63,069 bases of DNA. Source: Candidatus Micrarchaeota archaeon. GTDB taxonomy: Archaea > Micrarchaeota > Micrarchaeia > Anstonellales > Bilamarchaeaceae. Every line of letters starts with the position of its first letter. Within the stretch, counting starts at the first letter, position 1. Below the pieces are notes generated by a model that saw only the letters and a list, made by a program, of their open reading frames with translations, was not told where the DNA came from and did not search any database. The DNA lies in assembly GCA_040754495.1 (NCBI GenBank), contig JBFMCO010000051.1:1-63069 (forward strand). The letters are read 5' to 3'. Shown piece after piece: positions 38,232-46,978 of this stretch. Both the position numbers and the translations under genes were made by a program.

Positions 38232-39842
38232 ATGGCCAAAGGCGCAGATTACAGAATAAAAAAACTCGAGAAGGGCCCCTTGCAGCGTTTCAAGAACCAG
38301 AACCTGCTCATCAAGAAATTCGGCGAGATAGGGCTCCAGGTCTACAAAGCCATCACCGGAAAGAGGACGACGGCCGAGCTCCAGAAGGACCTCGGCATCG
38401 AGTCCGCGCTTTTCGACCAGGTAGTGAATTACATGCAGGACGCCGGCATGATAGAGCTCGAGCCGACCAGCGGGAAGCCCCAGGCTGAAGCCCCCCCTCC
38501 GAAGGAAGAGCCTGAAGAAGAAAAGCCCGCGGAAGAAGAGGAGAAGCCGGCACGCAAGCTCGAGGAGATACCCCCGGAGGAGGAGCTGGGGCCCGCGGAG
38601 GAAGAGCTGCCTCCGCTGGAAGAGAAGCCGGCCAAGAAGCCTAAAGGGGAGAAGGCGCCCGCCGAGAAGGAGAAGCCATTCGAGGAATTCGAGTTCGAGG
38701 CTCCGAAAAAAGAGGAGGAGTTCCAGTTCGAGGCACCGCCTGCGAAGAAAAAGAAGCCTGCCGAGGAAGAGCTCTCGTTCGAGGAAATAAAGCCTATCGA
38801 GTTCGGCGAGGAGATGGCGCCCGAGGAGAAGCCGAAGAAGAAGCCTCCCAAAAAGAAAGTGGAGGAGATCGAATTCGGCGAGGAGGTTTCGCCGGTATCC
38901 ATGGAGGAAGAGGCCCCGCCGCCGGAAAAACCGCCCGAGGCCCCTCCCGCGGAATTCCCGAAGGAAGAGGAAATCGGGCTGTCGTTCGAGGAGCCTGCCC
39001 GGGCCCCGCCCGAGGAGCCTGAGCTCAGCCCCGTCGAGAAGATAATCTCGGACAAGTACGGGGACATCGGGCTCCAGGTATATTCGCTCATAGACGGCCA
39101 GAGGACCGCCGAGGAAATCATGCGCGAGACCGGCCTCACAGAGCCGAAGCTTGTCGAGATACTCGATTTCATGGACGAGCAGGGCATCATAAAGCTCGAT
39201 TACCCGAAAGGGGCAGGAGGGCCCGCCCAGCCGCCCCCGCCATCCGCATTCGGGGGGCCGCAGATGGCGCCGCCCCAGGCGCAGCCGGCTGCCGGGGCGC
39301 GGAAAGAGGAGGGCGGCTTCGCCCCTCTGACCGAGGGCGAGGAGTCCCTCGACGAGGCGCGCGCCGTGCCCTCGCCTGTGGAGACGCCAATAAAGGCGCC
39401 GATTGACATCGTGAAGAGCGTCCAGCTGAAAGCCAGGCTCATGCTCAAGTTCCCGCAGAACCGGGGCGGGAAAGTGCTCGACCAGATAGACGGGAAGAAC
39501 GACGTCCTGGACATATCGCTCAAGCTGGACCTGCCCCTCTACGAGGTCTCATCCATCCTCGGCTTCATGATGGAGAATGGGATGATAATCCTGAAGCCCA
39601 TGTCGAGGGCGGACGTGCGCAAGAAATACGGCGACGACGGCTATGCGGTCTACAAGAGGTTCGGCAAGGAGGGCCTGATGCTCTATGAGCTGATAGGCAA
39701 GGAGATGACGATAAAGCAGATGGCCGAAAAGATAACGACAGACAAGGCCAAGATAATAGACATGTTCATCTTCATACACAAGGTGCTCGGCATAGAGCTC
39801 CCGATAGACCGGGATGTTCTGGCCAAGCAGCTCGGACTGTGA
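38232..39842 (+). CDS. Multi-wHTH protein with a long acidic Pro/Glu/Lys linker
   Basis: Repeated modules K(F/Y)G(E/D)IGLQVY..I.G.RT..E; divergent from the pilus operon. Confidence 0.7.
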   Translation: MAKGADYRIKKLEKGPLQRFKNQNLLIKKFGEIGLQVYKAITGKRTTAELQKDLGIESALFDQVVNYMQDAGMIELEPTSGKPQAEAPPPKEEPEEEKPAEEEEKPARKLEEIPPEEELGPAEEELPPLEEKPAKKPKGEKAPAEKEKPFEEFEFEAPKKEEEFQFEAPPAKKKKPAEEELSFEEIKPIEFGEEMAPEEKPKKKPPKKKVEEIEFGEEVSPVSMEEEAPPPEKPPEAPPAEFPKEEEIGLSFEEPARAPPEEPELSPVEKIISDKYGDIGLQVYSLIDGQRTAEEIMRETGLTEPKLVEILDFMDEQGIIKLDYPKGAGGPAQPPPPSAFGGPQMAPPQAQPAAGARKEEGGFAPLTEGEESLDEARAVPSPVETPIKAPIDIVKSVQLKARLMLKFPQNRGGKVLDQIDGKNDVLDISLKLDLPLYEVSSILGFMMENGMIILKPMSRADVRKKYGDDGYAVYKRFGKEGLMLYELIGKEMTIKQMAEKITTDKAKIIDMFIFIHKVLGIELPIDRDVLAKQLGL

Positions 39843-39868
39843 GTTTTGGGTTCCGGGTTTTGGGTTCT
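39841..39868. repeat. Heptad array, 4 units, between convergent stop codons
   Basis: gagtttt gggttcc gggtttt gggttct. Confidence 0.75.
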
Positions 39869-39872
39869 GCGG

Positions 39873-40271
39873 CTACTTCTTCAGCCTGGAAAGCGAAATC
39901 CGCTCGAGCGCGAGCGGCTCCCCCTTTTCCTTTAGTCCCAGGGGAAGCTTCGTGGCATCCAGCATCCGGCATGCGGTTTCCGGTTTCGTATCCGAAAAGA
40001 TGCAAAGGAGGAACTCCTCTCCTTTCGGCGCGCTTGCTTCCATCGCGCTCTTTATGTCCGTCTTCGCGCTCAGCCAGAGAAGGAACTCGTACCGGAGCTG
40101 CCTCGCGACGTTAGTTTTCCTTTCGAACGACCCCACCGCAAGGTGGGCGGCAAGCTCCAGCTCCTCAGCGGATTCTGCCAGGGACGGCCTGATTGCAACC
40201 GCATCCAGCTTATCGAGCCTTTTTCGGAGCTCGCCCGGGTCCAATAGCGACCTGACACGGAGATAGCGCAT
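39873..40271 (-). CDS. cgi121: KEOPS complex subunit Cgi121
   Basis: AAHLAVGSFERKTNVARQLRYEFLLWLSAKTDIKSAM; C-terminal LALERISLSRL. Confidence 0.8.
   Translation of the reverse strand: MRYLRVRSLLDPGELRKRLDKLDAVAIRPSLAESAEELELAAHLAVGSFERKTNVARQLRYEFLLWLSAKTDIKSAMEASAPKGEEFLLCIFSDTKPETACRMLDATKLPLGLKEKGEPLALERISLSRLKK
39955..39989. repeat. Heptad array, 5 units, in frame in cgi121
   Basis: gcatcca gcatccg gcatgcg gtttccg gtttcgt. Confidence 0.6.
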
Positions 40272-40438
40272 GAGCGGTTGTTCCGCGCAGGGAATATATA
40301 AGCATCGCAGGAATGCGCATGCACCAAAAACACAAAATATTAAAATAAAACACACGTTTTTCAGCGCTTTTCCGCCGATGATTGTGGTAAAAAATCAACA
40401 ATCGAGATATTTATAAATGTTATAGTTTATAACACTCC

Positions 40439-40897
40439 ATGACTTTGTTAAGATATGGTGAAATGCGGAAGCAGGCGTTCGCCCCGGCATTCGACCTCAT
40501 GCTATACGGCTTTTCCCCGGGCGAGGCCTGCCGGGTGATGAAGGCGCTCGGGCATCCCCAGCTCGAGAGAGGCGAGCTTCTCCGGAGGCTGAGGGGCCTC
40601 GAGCGGCCAAGGAAGCTGCACGACGGCTTCACGACATCGCTGAATCAGGCAGAAGTGCGGTCGCTCGTCCTTTCCCTGCCGCGGGTCCTCCTTGAGAAGC
40701 GCAAGGCAATCGCCCGCGAGCTGCCAGCGGTGATGACCGACGACGACAAGGCAGACCTCGACAAGAAAGCGAAGGAGCTGATTCGCTCGGCAGGCCTCAT
40801 GTCGGACCGCGTGCGCCTCCTGCACGTGGCCGGCAGGGAGTGGAAGGAGAACCCGAACCGCCTCCTCCAGCACGAGGCCGGATTGGAGTTCTGCTGA
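40439..40897 (+). CDS. Hypothetical protein
   Basis: 152-aa ORF with a TATA-like TTTATAAA upstream. Confidence 0.6.
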   Translation: MTLLRYGEMRKQAFAPAFDLMLYGFSPGEACRVMKALGHPQLERGELLRRLRGLERPRKLHDGFTTSLNQAEVRSLVLSLPRVLLEKRKAIARELPAVMTDDDKADLDKKAKELIRSAGLMSDRVRLLHVAGREWKENPNRLLQHEAGLEFC

Positions 40898-40987
40898 ACC
40901 GGCTGGCGCGGGTGCTCCGCTCCAATCCCATAACATTTTAAAACACCTCTTGCCTTATTGTTCTTCCACTAATCACGAGGTGTACTT

Positions 40988-41371
40988 ATGGAGCAATATC
41001 ACAAACCCCATACGAAGAAGGTCAGCGCCGGTACCGGCGGCCGCAGGCGCAAGTTCCGCGACAAGAAGCTCGCGCACATCGGCGGCGTGTTCGCAGCCAC
41101 GAAGGTGGCTGACAAGGAGCTGAAATCCCCCGTCCGCCTGAGGGGCGGCAGCCACGGCGTGAAGCTCAAGAAGGCATCATCCATCAACGTCGTCATGAAG
41201 GACGGCAAGGTCAAGAAGGCCTCGATAAAGAGGGTGTTGGAGAGCCACAACCCTGAATTCGTGAGGATGAACATTATCACGAAGGGCGCGGTCGTCGAGA
41301 CCGAGTTCGGCAAGGTCCGCATCACGAACCGCGTGGGCCAGGACGGCGTCGTTAACGGCGTCGCGGTCTGA
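40988..41371 (+). CDS. rps8e: 30S ribosomal protein eS8
   Basis: TGGRRR.FRDKK, R.RGG, ITKGAVVETEFG.VRITNRVGQDGVVN. Confidence 0.95.
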   Translation: MEQYHKPHTKKVSAGTGGRRRKFRDKKLAHIGGVFAATKVADKELKSPVRLRGGSHGVKLKKASSINVVMKDGKVKKASIKRVLESHNPEFVRMNIITKGAVVETEFGKVRITNRVGQDGVVNGVAV

Positions 41372-41373
41372 AT

Positions 41374-41787
41374 CTATTGCGCGGCGGCGAGTCCCCGCGC
41401 GACTATCTTTTCTATCGCATTGAAGAAGGCGCTTATCTCCTCTCCGTTGAGGAGCCTGCTGGTCGTCTTCACGCTGAAGCTGCTCTCCGAGCCTACAAGG
41501 AGCCTCGTGCTCTCCCTCGTCTGGGTCTCGAAGCTGATGCTGAACTCGGGAATCCTCCCGGCATTCCCGTTAAGGCCGGCTTCGCCGAGCCTCCTCCTTA
41601 TGCGCTCGGCAAGCTCGCCGATGCTCCTGCCGGACACCTCGTCCTCCAGCTCCCTGTCGCCTTCCATCCTGACCTTGCTGACGAAGTGGACGCCGGTGAG
41701 CTCATCCAGAAGCGGCGCGGACATACGCTGCCTCGCCTGCCCTAACGGGACCCTCGATTCCTTGAAAACCCTCATGTGCAGCTTCAT
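41374..41787 (-). CDS. Hypothetical protein
   Basis: 137-aa ORF filling the gap between eS8 and MetRS. Confidence 0.55.
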   Translation of the reverse strand: MKLHMRVFKESRVPLGQARQRMSAPLLDELTGVHFVSKVRMEGDRELEDEVSGRSIGELAERIRRRLGEAGLNGNAGRIPEFSISFETQTRESTRLLVGSESSFSVKTTSRLLNGEEISAFFNAIEKIVARGLAAAQ

Positions 41788-41852
41788 CTGATACGACCTG
41801 AATGTTGTGTTTGCTTGATAAGTAAAATGTAAAGGCTTTTTATAGCTTGTAA

Positions 41853-44066
41853 CTACCTGACAAGCCCTTCCTTCACGTTCTTCATCCTGAGTTCCTCGCT
41901 CGCCGTCGCGAGCGGCTTCCCTTCGGAAACGACCGCGAATCCCTTCACCTCGATTCTGATTTTCTGGAACTCGCCAATCGTGAGCGTCTTCTTCGGCGAG
42001 CTTTTTGCCCCCTTCTGAATCACCTTCTCGCCGACTTCGCTCCTGTCGCAGAATATGACCTCGACGGCGCCTTTCTCCGGCGGCGCCTTCCCGTCGTGCA
42101 TGGGCGCCTGCTCGTGCCCCTCGGCTGCGAGCAGCATCCCCTGGGACTCCACGCCGCGCAGCTTCGCGTGCGCGAGGTTCTTCACGATGACCGCCTTTCT
42201 TCCGACCAGCTCCTCCTCCAGATAGTGCCCGACGAGGCCTGAGACTATCTGCCTGACCTCGCCCCCGCCGAGGCGCACATTTTCCAAAAACAGCTTCTCC
42301 GCGTCCGGGTGCCTCTCGACGCTCAGAATCTCGCCGACTTCAAGGTCGAGGTCCGAAAACGCGGGCCCGGCCTCGGCCTTCTTCCCTGCGAATTTGGCCC
42401 GGAGAGCCTCGATTTCCTTCGGCTCGATTTTCCTGAAAAGCGGCTTCGGGGAGCCGATGGCATGCCCGGAAGGTATCGGCTTTCCGAGCGCATCCCAGCC
42501 AGACTGCGGGAGCGCCATCTGCGCGAAAATCTCCCTGCTGGTCTGGGGCAGGAACGGCCCTATCAGGATTGCGATGTCCTTCACCTCTCTTGCGAGCACG
42601 GCAATCACGGCGCCCGCGCGTTTCCTGTTTTCGGTTTCGAGTTCAGCGTCCGGCCCTTTCCGGACAAGCTCCCAGGGCTTGTTGTCCTGGAAGAACTTGT
42701 TCGCGCTCTTGGAGTAAGACATGATGCGGTGGAGCGCGTCCTTTATCCGTACCCGCTCGAGGTCGGCGGTTATCTCCATGGCCTGCTTCTCCTGCGCGGC
42801 GATGAACTGTTTTCCGTTATCATCCGGCTCGCCTGATGGAATCTTCCCGTCAAAATTGTTCTTCACGAAGACAAGGGTCCTGTTAACCAGGTTGCCCAGG
42901 TTCGCGAGAAGCTCGTTGTTGTTCTTGTCAGAGAAATCCTCCCACACGAAATTCGTGTCAGCCTGCTCGGGCCGGTTCGAGAGGAGGTAATACCTCCAGA
43001 CGTCGGCTGGAATGCCGGAGTTCATCGCGTCGTCCCCGAAGACGCCGACCTGCCTGGATTTCGAGAACTTGCCGCCCTCGTAGTTCAGGAACTCGGTCGT
43101 GCTGATGTGGTGAAGGAGAGTCCACGGTTCCCTCGTCCCGATCAGGGTGGAGGGGAAAATCACCGTGTGGAAAGGCACGTTGTCCTTGCCCATGAACTGG
43201 TAGAGCCTCACGCCCGCATCGTCCATCCACCATTCCTTCCAGGAGTCGGTTAGGTTGGCCGTGATGGATATGTATCCGATGGGCGCGTCGAACCAGACAT
43301 AAAACACCTTGTTCTCGTAGCCCGGAAGCGGCACCGGGACTCCCCACTTGAGGTCGCGCGTTATCGCCCTTTTCTTCAGCCCCTCCCTAAGCCACGAGCG
43401 GGCTATCTGGACCGAGTTCTCGGACCAGAACCCCTCCTTCGACTTCCTATCTATCCATTCCGCGAGCTCTTTTTCGGTCCCGGGCAGGTTGATGAAGAGG
43501 TGCTTCGTCCTCCTGAGGATTGGCGCGGTCTTGCTGACCCTGCTCAGCGGGTTCTTCAGCTCGCCGTGCTGGAGGAGCCTGCCGCACTTGTCGCACTGGT
43601 CAGAGCGCGCGCCCTCAGAGGCGCAGTAGGGGCATGTGCCCTCTATATACCTGTCGGCGAGGAACATGCCCGCCTTCTCGTCGTAGAACTGCTCGACCTC
43701 GTCCTCGACTATGAAGCCGTTCTGGTGCAGCCTGGAAAAAATGTCCTGCGTTATCTGCGTGTGCTTCTCGGTGGAAGTCCGCCCGAAGATGTCGAACCTT
43801 ATGCCGAACCATTCGTATACGTCGCGGTGGAGCTTGTGGTATTTGTCGCAGATTTCCCTCGGGCTGACCCCCTCCTCGAGCGCCTTTATCTCGGTCGCAG
43901 TGCCGTATTCGTCGGTCCCGCAGATGTAGAGGCAGTCGTAGCCCCGGAGGCGGCAATAGCGCGAGAACACGTCCGCCGAGAGCACGCACCCGATTATGTT
44001 GCCAAGGTGCGGGACATTGTTGACATAAGGTAAGGCTGAGGTAATCAGGATCTTTTTTGACTCCAT
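41853..44066 (-). CDS. metG: Methionyl-tRNA synthetase with C-terminal tRNA-binding OB domain
   Basis: SALPYVNNVPHLGN, Zn knuckle CPYC..CDKC, KFSKS, C-terminal HPDAEKL...LRGVESQGMLL. Confidence 0.96.
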   Translation of the reverse strand: MESKKILITSALPYVNNVPHLGNIIGCVLSADVFSRYCRLRGYDCLYICGTDEYGTATEIKALEEGVSPREICDKYHKLHRDVYEWFGIRFDIFGRTSTEKHTQITQDIFSRLHQNGFIVEDEVEQFYDEKAGMFLADRYIEGTCPYCASEGARSDQCDKCGRLLQHGELKNPLSRVSKTAPILRRTKHLFINLPGTEKELAEWIDRKSKEGFWSENSVQIARSWLREGLKKRAITRDLKWGVPVPLPGYENKVFYVWFDAPIGYISITANLTDSWKEWWMDDAGVRLYQFMGKDNVPFHTVIFPSTLIGTREPWTLLHHISTTEFLNYEGGKFSKSRQVGVFGDDAMNSGIPADVWRYYLLSNRPEQADTNFVWEDFSDKNNNELLANLGNLVNRTLVFVKNNFDGKIPSGEPDDNGKQFIAAQEKQAMEITADLERVRIKDALHRIMSYSKSANKFFQDNKPWELVRKGPDAELETENRKRAGAVIAVLAREVKDIAILIGPFLPQTSREIFAQMALPQSGWDALGKPIPSGHAIGSPKPLFRKIEPKEIEALRAKFAGKKAEAGPAFSDLDLEVGEILSVERHPDAEKLFLENVRLGGGEVRQIVSGLVGHYLEEELVGRKAVIVKNLAHAKLRGVESQGMLLAAEGHEQAPMHDGKAPPEKGAVEVIFCDRSEVGEKVIQKGAKSSPKKTLTIGEFQKIRIEVKGFAVVSEGKPLATASEELRMKNVKEGLVR
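42619..42646. repeat. Heptad array, about 4 units, in frame in metG
   Basis: Degenerate units cgtttc ctgtttt cggtttc gagttca, encoding ELETENRKR in the anticodon-binding domain. Confidence 0.5.
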
Positions 44067-44112
44067 GGAAATCGGGAAAATATTATATTGAATGCTTTAA
44101 GTTGTTTTGCAC

Positions 44113-44850
44113 TCAGGCAAGCTCCACCACCCTCCAGCCCTCCAGCGGAGCCTTCAGCATGAGGTTTACCGAAATCGCGAATCCGCCCTCGGCCAGCCTC
44201 TTGCCGCCCACCACCAGCTTGTAGCAGGTCACCCCAACGAGCTCTCCGGTGGCGGCCTTGAAAATGCCGCCGCCGCTGTTTCCGGGGTTTATGACCGCGT
44301 CGGTCTGTATGATATCGTACCCGAACTTGCGCGCCTTCTCCATAAAGACCTTCGAGACGATACCCATCGACACGCTGTTGTCAATGCCCATTCCGGCGCC
44401 TATGACGATGACCTTCGCCCCAAGCCTGGGCTTTTCCGTCCCGATGGGGGCCGGCGGCCCGATATTGCCCCTTGCCTCGACCAGGGCCACATCTATGCCG
44501 TGCGGGGCCACGAGCAGCCGCCTTGCCTTCGCGCTCCTGCCGTCGTTGCGGAGTTTCAGCGACTTCGATTTTTCCGAGCGGAGCGCCGCCTCGATGACGT
44601 GCCTGGCGGTGAGCACGAGCGCATCCGAGCCATCCGCGAAGACAATCACCCCCGAGCCCCCGCTTTTCTTCGTGTCTATGCTGATGCTGCTCTGGCAGAG
44701 CCGCTCTATCAGCTTCTCGGTGCGGTCCTCGCCGGAGCACGAAGGCAGGCTCAGGATGCTTTCAACCATGCCGCGCTTCGTGCGGAATCCCCCGGCCGGC
44801 CGGGCAAGGGTTTGCTGGAAGGCGCGGACCTGCTCCATTGATGAGCCCAT
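44113..44850 (-). CDS. Trypsin-like (S1C/HtrA-like) serine protease, no PDZ
   Basis: TARH, DVAL, TDAVINPGNSGG. Start taken at MGSSME. Confidence 0.85.
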   Translation of the reverse strand: MGSSMEQVRAFQQTLARPAGGFRTKRGMVESILSLPSCSGEDRTEKLIERLCQSSISIDTKKSGGSGVIVFADGSDALVLTARHVIEAALRSEKSKSLKLRNDGRSAKARRLLVAPHGIDVALVEARGNIGPPAPIGTEKPRLGAKVIVIGAGMGIDNSVSMGIVSKVFMEKARKFGYDIIQTDAVINPGNSGGGIFKAATGELVGVTCYKLVVGGKRLAEGGFAISVNLMLKAPLEGWRVVELA

Positions 44851-44851
44851 G

Positions 44852-45799
44852 TCAATCACCCTGCGCCACTTGCGGGGGCGCGAGCGGAAGCGCCTGCCAC
44901 TCCCGCAGGGGTATCCGGTACAGGAGCCTTGCAGGCATCGCAAAGGCTATGCCCTCGGCCGGGACGAGCGCGTTCAGCAGCCTTTTGGATGAGGGGATGC
45001 CCAGAAGCTCCCCGTTCCTTTCCGCGAACATGCCTCCCCCGCTGTTTCCGGGGTTTATCGCGGAATCGGTCTGTATGGCCTCGTACTCGAAGCCGGCGTC
45101 GGTGGTCCTTGTCTGGAAGTTCGATATGAGCCCCCTCGTGAGCGTGTCCTCGAGGCCGAGCGGGGCGCCGAGGACGAGGACGCTCGCTCCCTGAGCGGGC
45201 CTCTGCCGGGCGATTCTCACCGGCGGGCCGATGTCGTCGTTGACGACTATTATCGCAAGGTCGAGCTCGTGCGGGGCAAGGAGTATGCCGAATGCCTTCC
45301 CGGTCTTGTCGCCGTTTTTGACGACTATGTTCGGCGCTCCTGCCGAGTCGGTCTCCCCTTCGACCACATGCCTGTTCGTCAGGATGACGCTGATAGAGCC
45401 GTTGTTCCGGATGATGACGCCCGAGCCTCTGGCCTCGTCGCTCTCTATCATCACGGTGCTCCTGCGCAGCCTTTCGACGAGGCGCTCGGTGCGCCTCCCT
45501 CCGCTCATCAGCATCTGGTCGAACTCGAGGGCGTTCGACTCCTCATAAGCCGGATTCAGCATCCGCCCGAGAACCGCGCGCATCTCGGATTCGGAAAGCA
45601 GGACGGATGCCGTCCTTCCGGCCTGATGCGTTTCTGCGGCAGGCTGCGTCCCTGCCCGGAATAACGGCGTTTGCGGCACCAGCGCGAGCATGGCCGCTGC
45701 CGAGGCTATGAGCAGCGCGTTCTTCGCCCTCGCCCAGACCCTCCTTCTCTCAGCCTTCGTTTCCTTCCCGGGTTCTTTCCTCTCAAATTCGCATCTCAA
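44852..45799 (-). CDS. Trypsin-like serine protease with N-terminal TM/signal, no PDZ
   Basis: LLIASAAAMLALV; TNRH, DLAI, TDSAINPGNSGG. Confidence 0.88.
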   Translation of the reverse strand: MRCEFERKEPGKETKAERRRVWARAKNALLIASAAAMLALVPQTPLFRAGTQPAAETHQAGRTASVLLSESEMRAVLGRMLNPAYEESNALEFDQMLMSGGRRTERLVERLRRSTVMIESDEARGSGVIIRNNGSISVILTNRHVVEGETDSAGAPNIVVKNGDKTGKAFGILLAPHELDLAIIVVNDDIGPPVRIARQRPAQGASVLVLGAPLGLEDTLTRGLISNFQTRTTDAGFEYEAIQTDSAINPGNSGGGMFAERNGELLGIPSSKRLLNALVPAEGIAFAMPARLLYRIPLREWQALPLAPPQVAQGD

Positions 45800-45814
45800 A
45801 TGCTCACCACCTTG

Positions 45815-46843
45815 TCAGTGATTATAATCCGCTTCCCGCCATCCTGCCGGCGGGGCCGCCTCCGCCCAGGATTCGACCGGAATCTGCCGCAGGATGCTGG
45901 CGGGTATCACGAGCCCCATACCCTCGGCCATCTGGATTGGACTCAGCATCGGCTTCGATACGACCACGCCAAGCAGCTCGCCCGTATCGAGGTCGTATAC
46001 TCCTCCGCCGCTGTTCCCCGGATTTATGGCCGCATCAGTGAGCAGCGCCGTGAACTGGACTCCGCCAGCCGTCGCCCCTCCGAAGCCGATGATGCGGCCG
46101 AATGTCGTGATGTCGTTTCCGCCAAGCGGGGACCCGACTACCACGACGTTCATCCCCTGCCACGGCGTCCGGCTCGAGATTCTCGCGGCAGGCCCCACGT
46201 TCCCGCGGACTTCTATGAGAGCCATGTCGATGCCGCCCGGGGCCAGATAAATCCTCTCTGCATCGAACGTTTTCCCGTCGTTCTGGATGGTCACGCTGCT
46301 TGCCCCGCTCGGGACGTGCCATGCCGTCAGGATAAGCGACCGCTCCTCGCTGCTCTGTATGATGATGCCGGCTCCGACTCCGCCGCTTTCGATGCGTACG
46401 TTGCTGTGCGTGAGCTGCTCGATGACGCAGCGCCTCCTGGCTTCCTCCGCCTCCCCGGAAATCCTGCGGAGCAGCCTCTCCGCGCTTCCGCCCGAGCACA
46501 TCCCGTCAGCGCCGCGGCCCCCCCTGTCGCTCATTATGGTTTCGGTCAATCCCTCCCTGCTGCCGAAATGCGCAAGGACAGGCCCAGGGCCGAAACTGCC
46601 ATGGTCCGATTGGAGGCCGACCGCAAGCGCAGTGCCAAGGAGCGCCCCGAAGGCGATTCTCCGCAGCCTGGGCCACCTCCTCTTCCCTGGTGTGTCCTTC
46701 CTGGGCTCCTCAGGCCGCTCACCTGCGCGCTCGATTGCAATCCGGTTCGCCCTCCAGGATTCGAAAATACGCCTCAGCCCTCCGGCTTCTCGAGGCGCGG
46801 AAGCCGGCTCCTCCCTGGCGGGGCCGCAGGGGCGGGATATCAA
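45815..46843 (-). CDS. Trypsin-like serine protease with N-terminal TM, no PDZ
   Basis: RIAFGALLGTALAVGL; TAWH, DMAL, TDAAINPGNSGG. Start uncertain. Confidence 0.85.
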   Translation of the reverse strand: MISRPCGPAREEPASAPREAGGLRRIFESWRANRIAIERAGERPEEPRKDTPGKRRWPRLRRIAFGALLGTALAVGLQSDHGSFGPGPVLAHFGSREGLTETIMSDRGGRGADGMCSGGSAERLLRRISGEAEEARRRCVIEQLTHSNVRIESGGVGAGIIIQSSEERSLILTAWHVPSGASSVTIQNDGKTFDAERIYLAPGGIDMALIEVRGNVGPAARISSRTPWQGMNVVVVGSPLGGNDITTFGRIIGFGGATAGGVQFTALLTDAAINPGNSGGGVYDLDTGELLGVVVSKPMLSPIQMAEGMGLVIPASILRQIPVESWAEAAPPAGWREADYNH

Positions 46844-46978
46844 CAGACCACCTCTCTCATACTGTGGTGGCCGCTTGCGCCAATATAAATTTTTTCGTAA
46901 AAAAACAGAATTTTTTGCAATAAATCTATTTTTTGATACAGAATAGTTGGAAATATTACTAACCTACCCCGATGCCCC

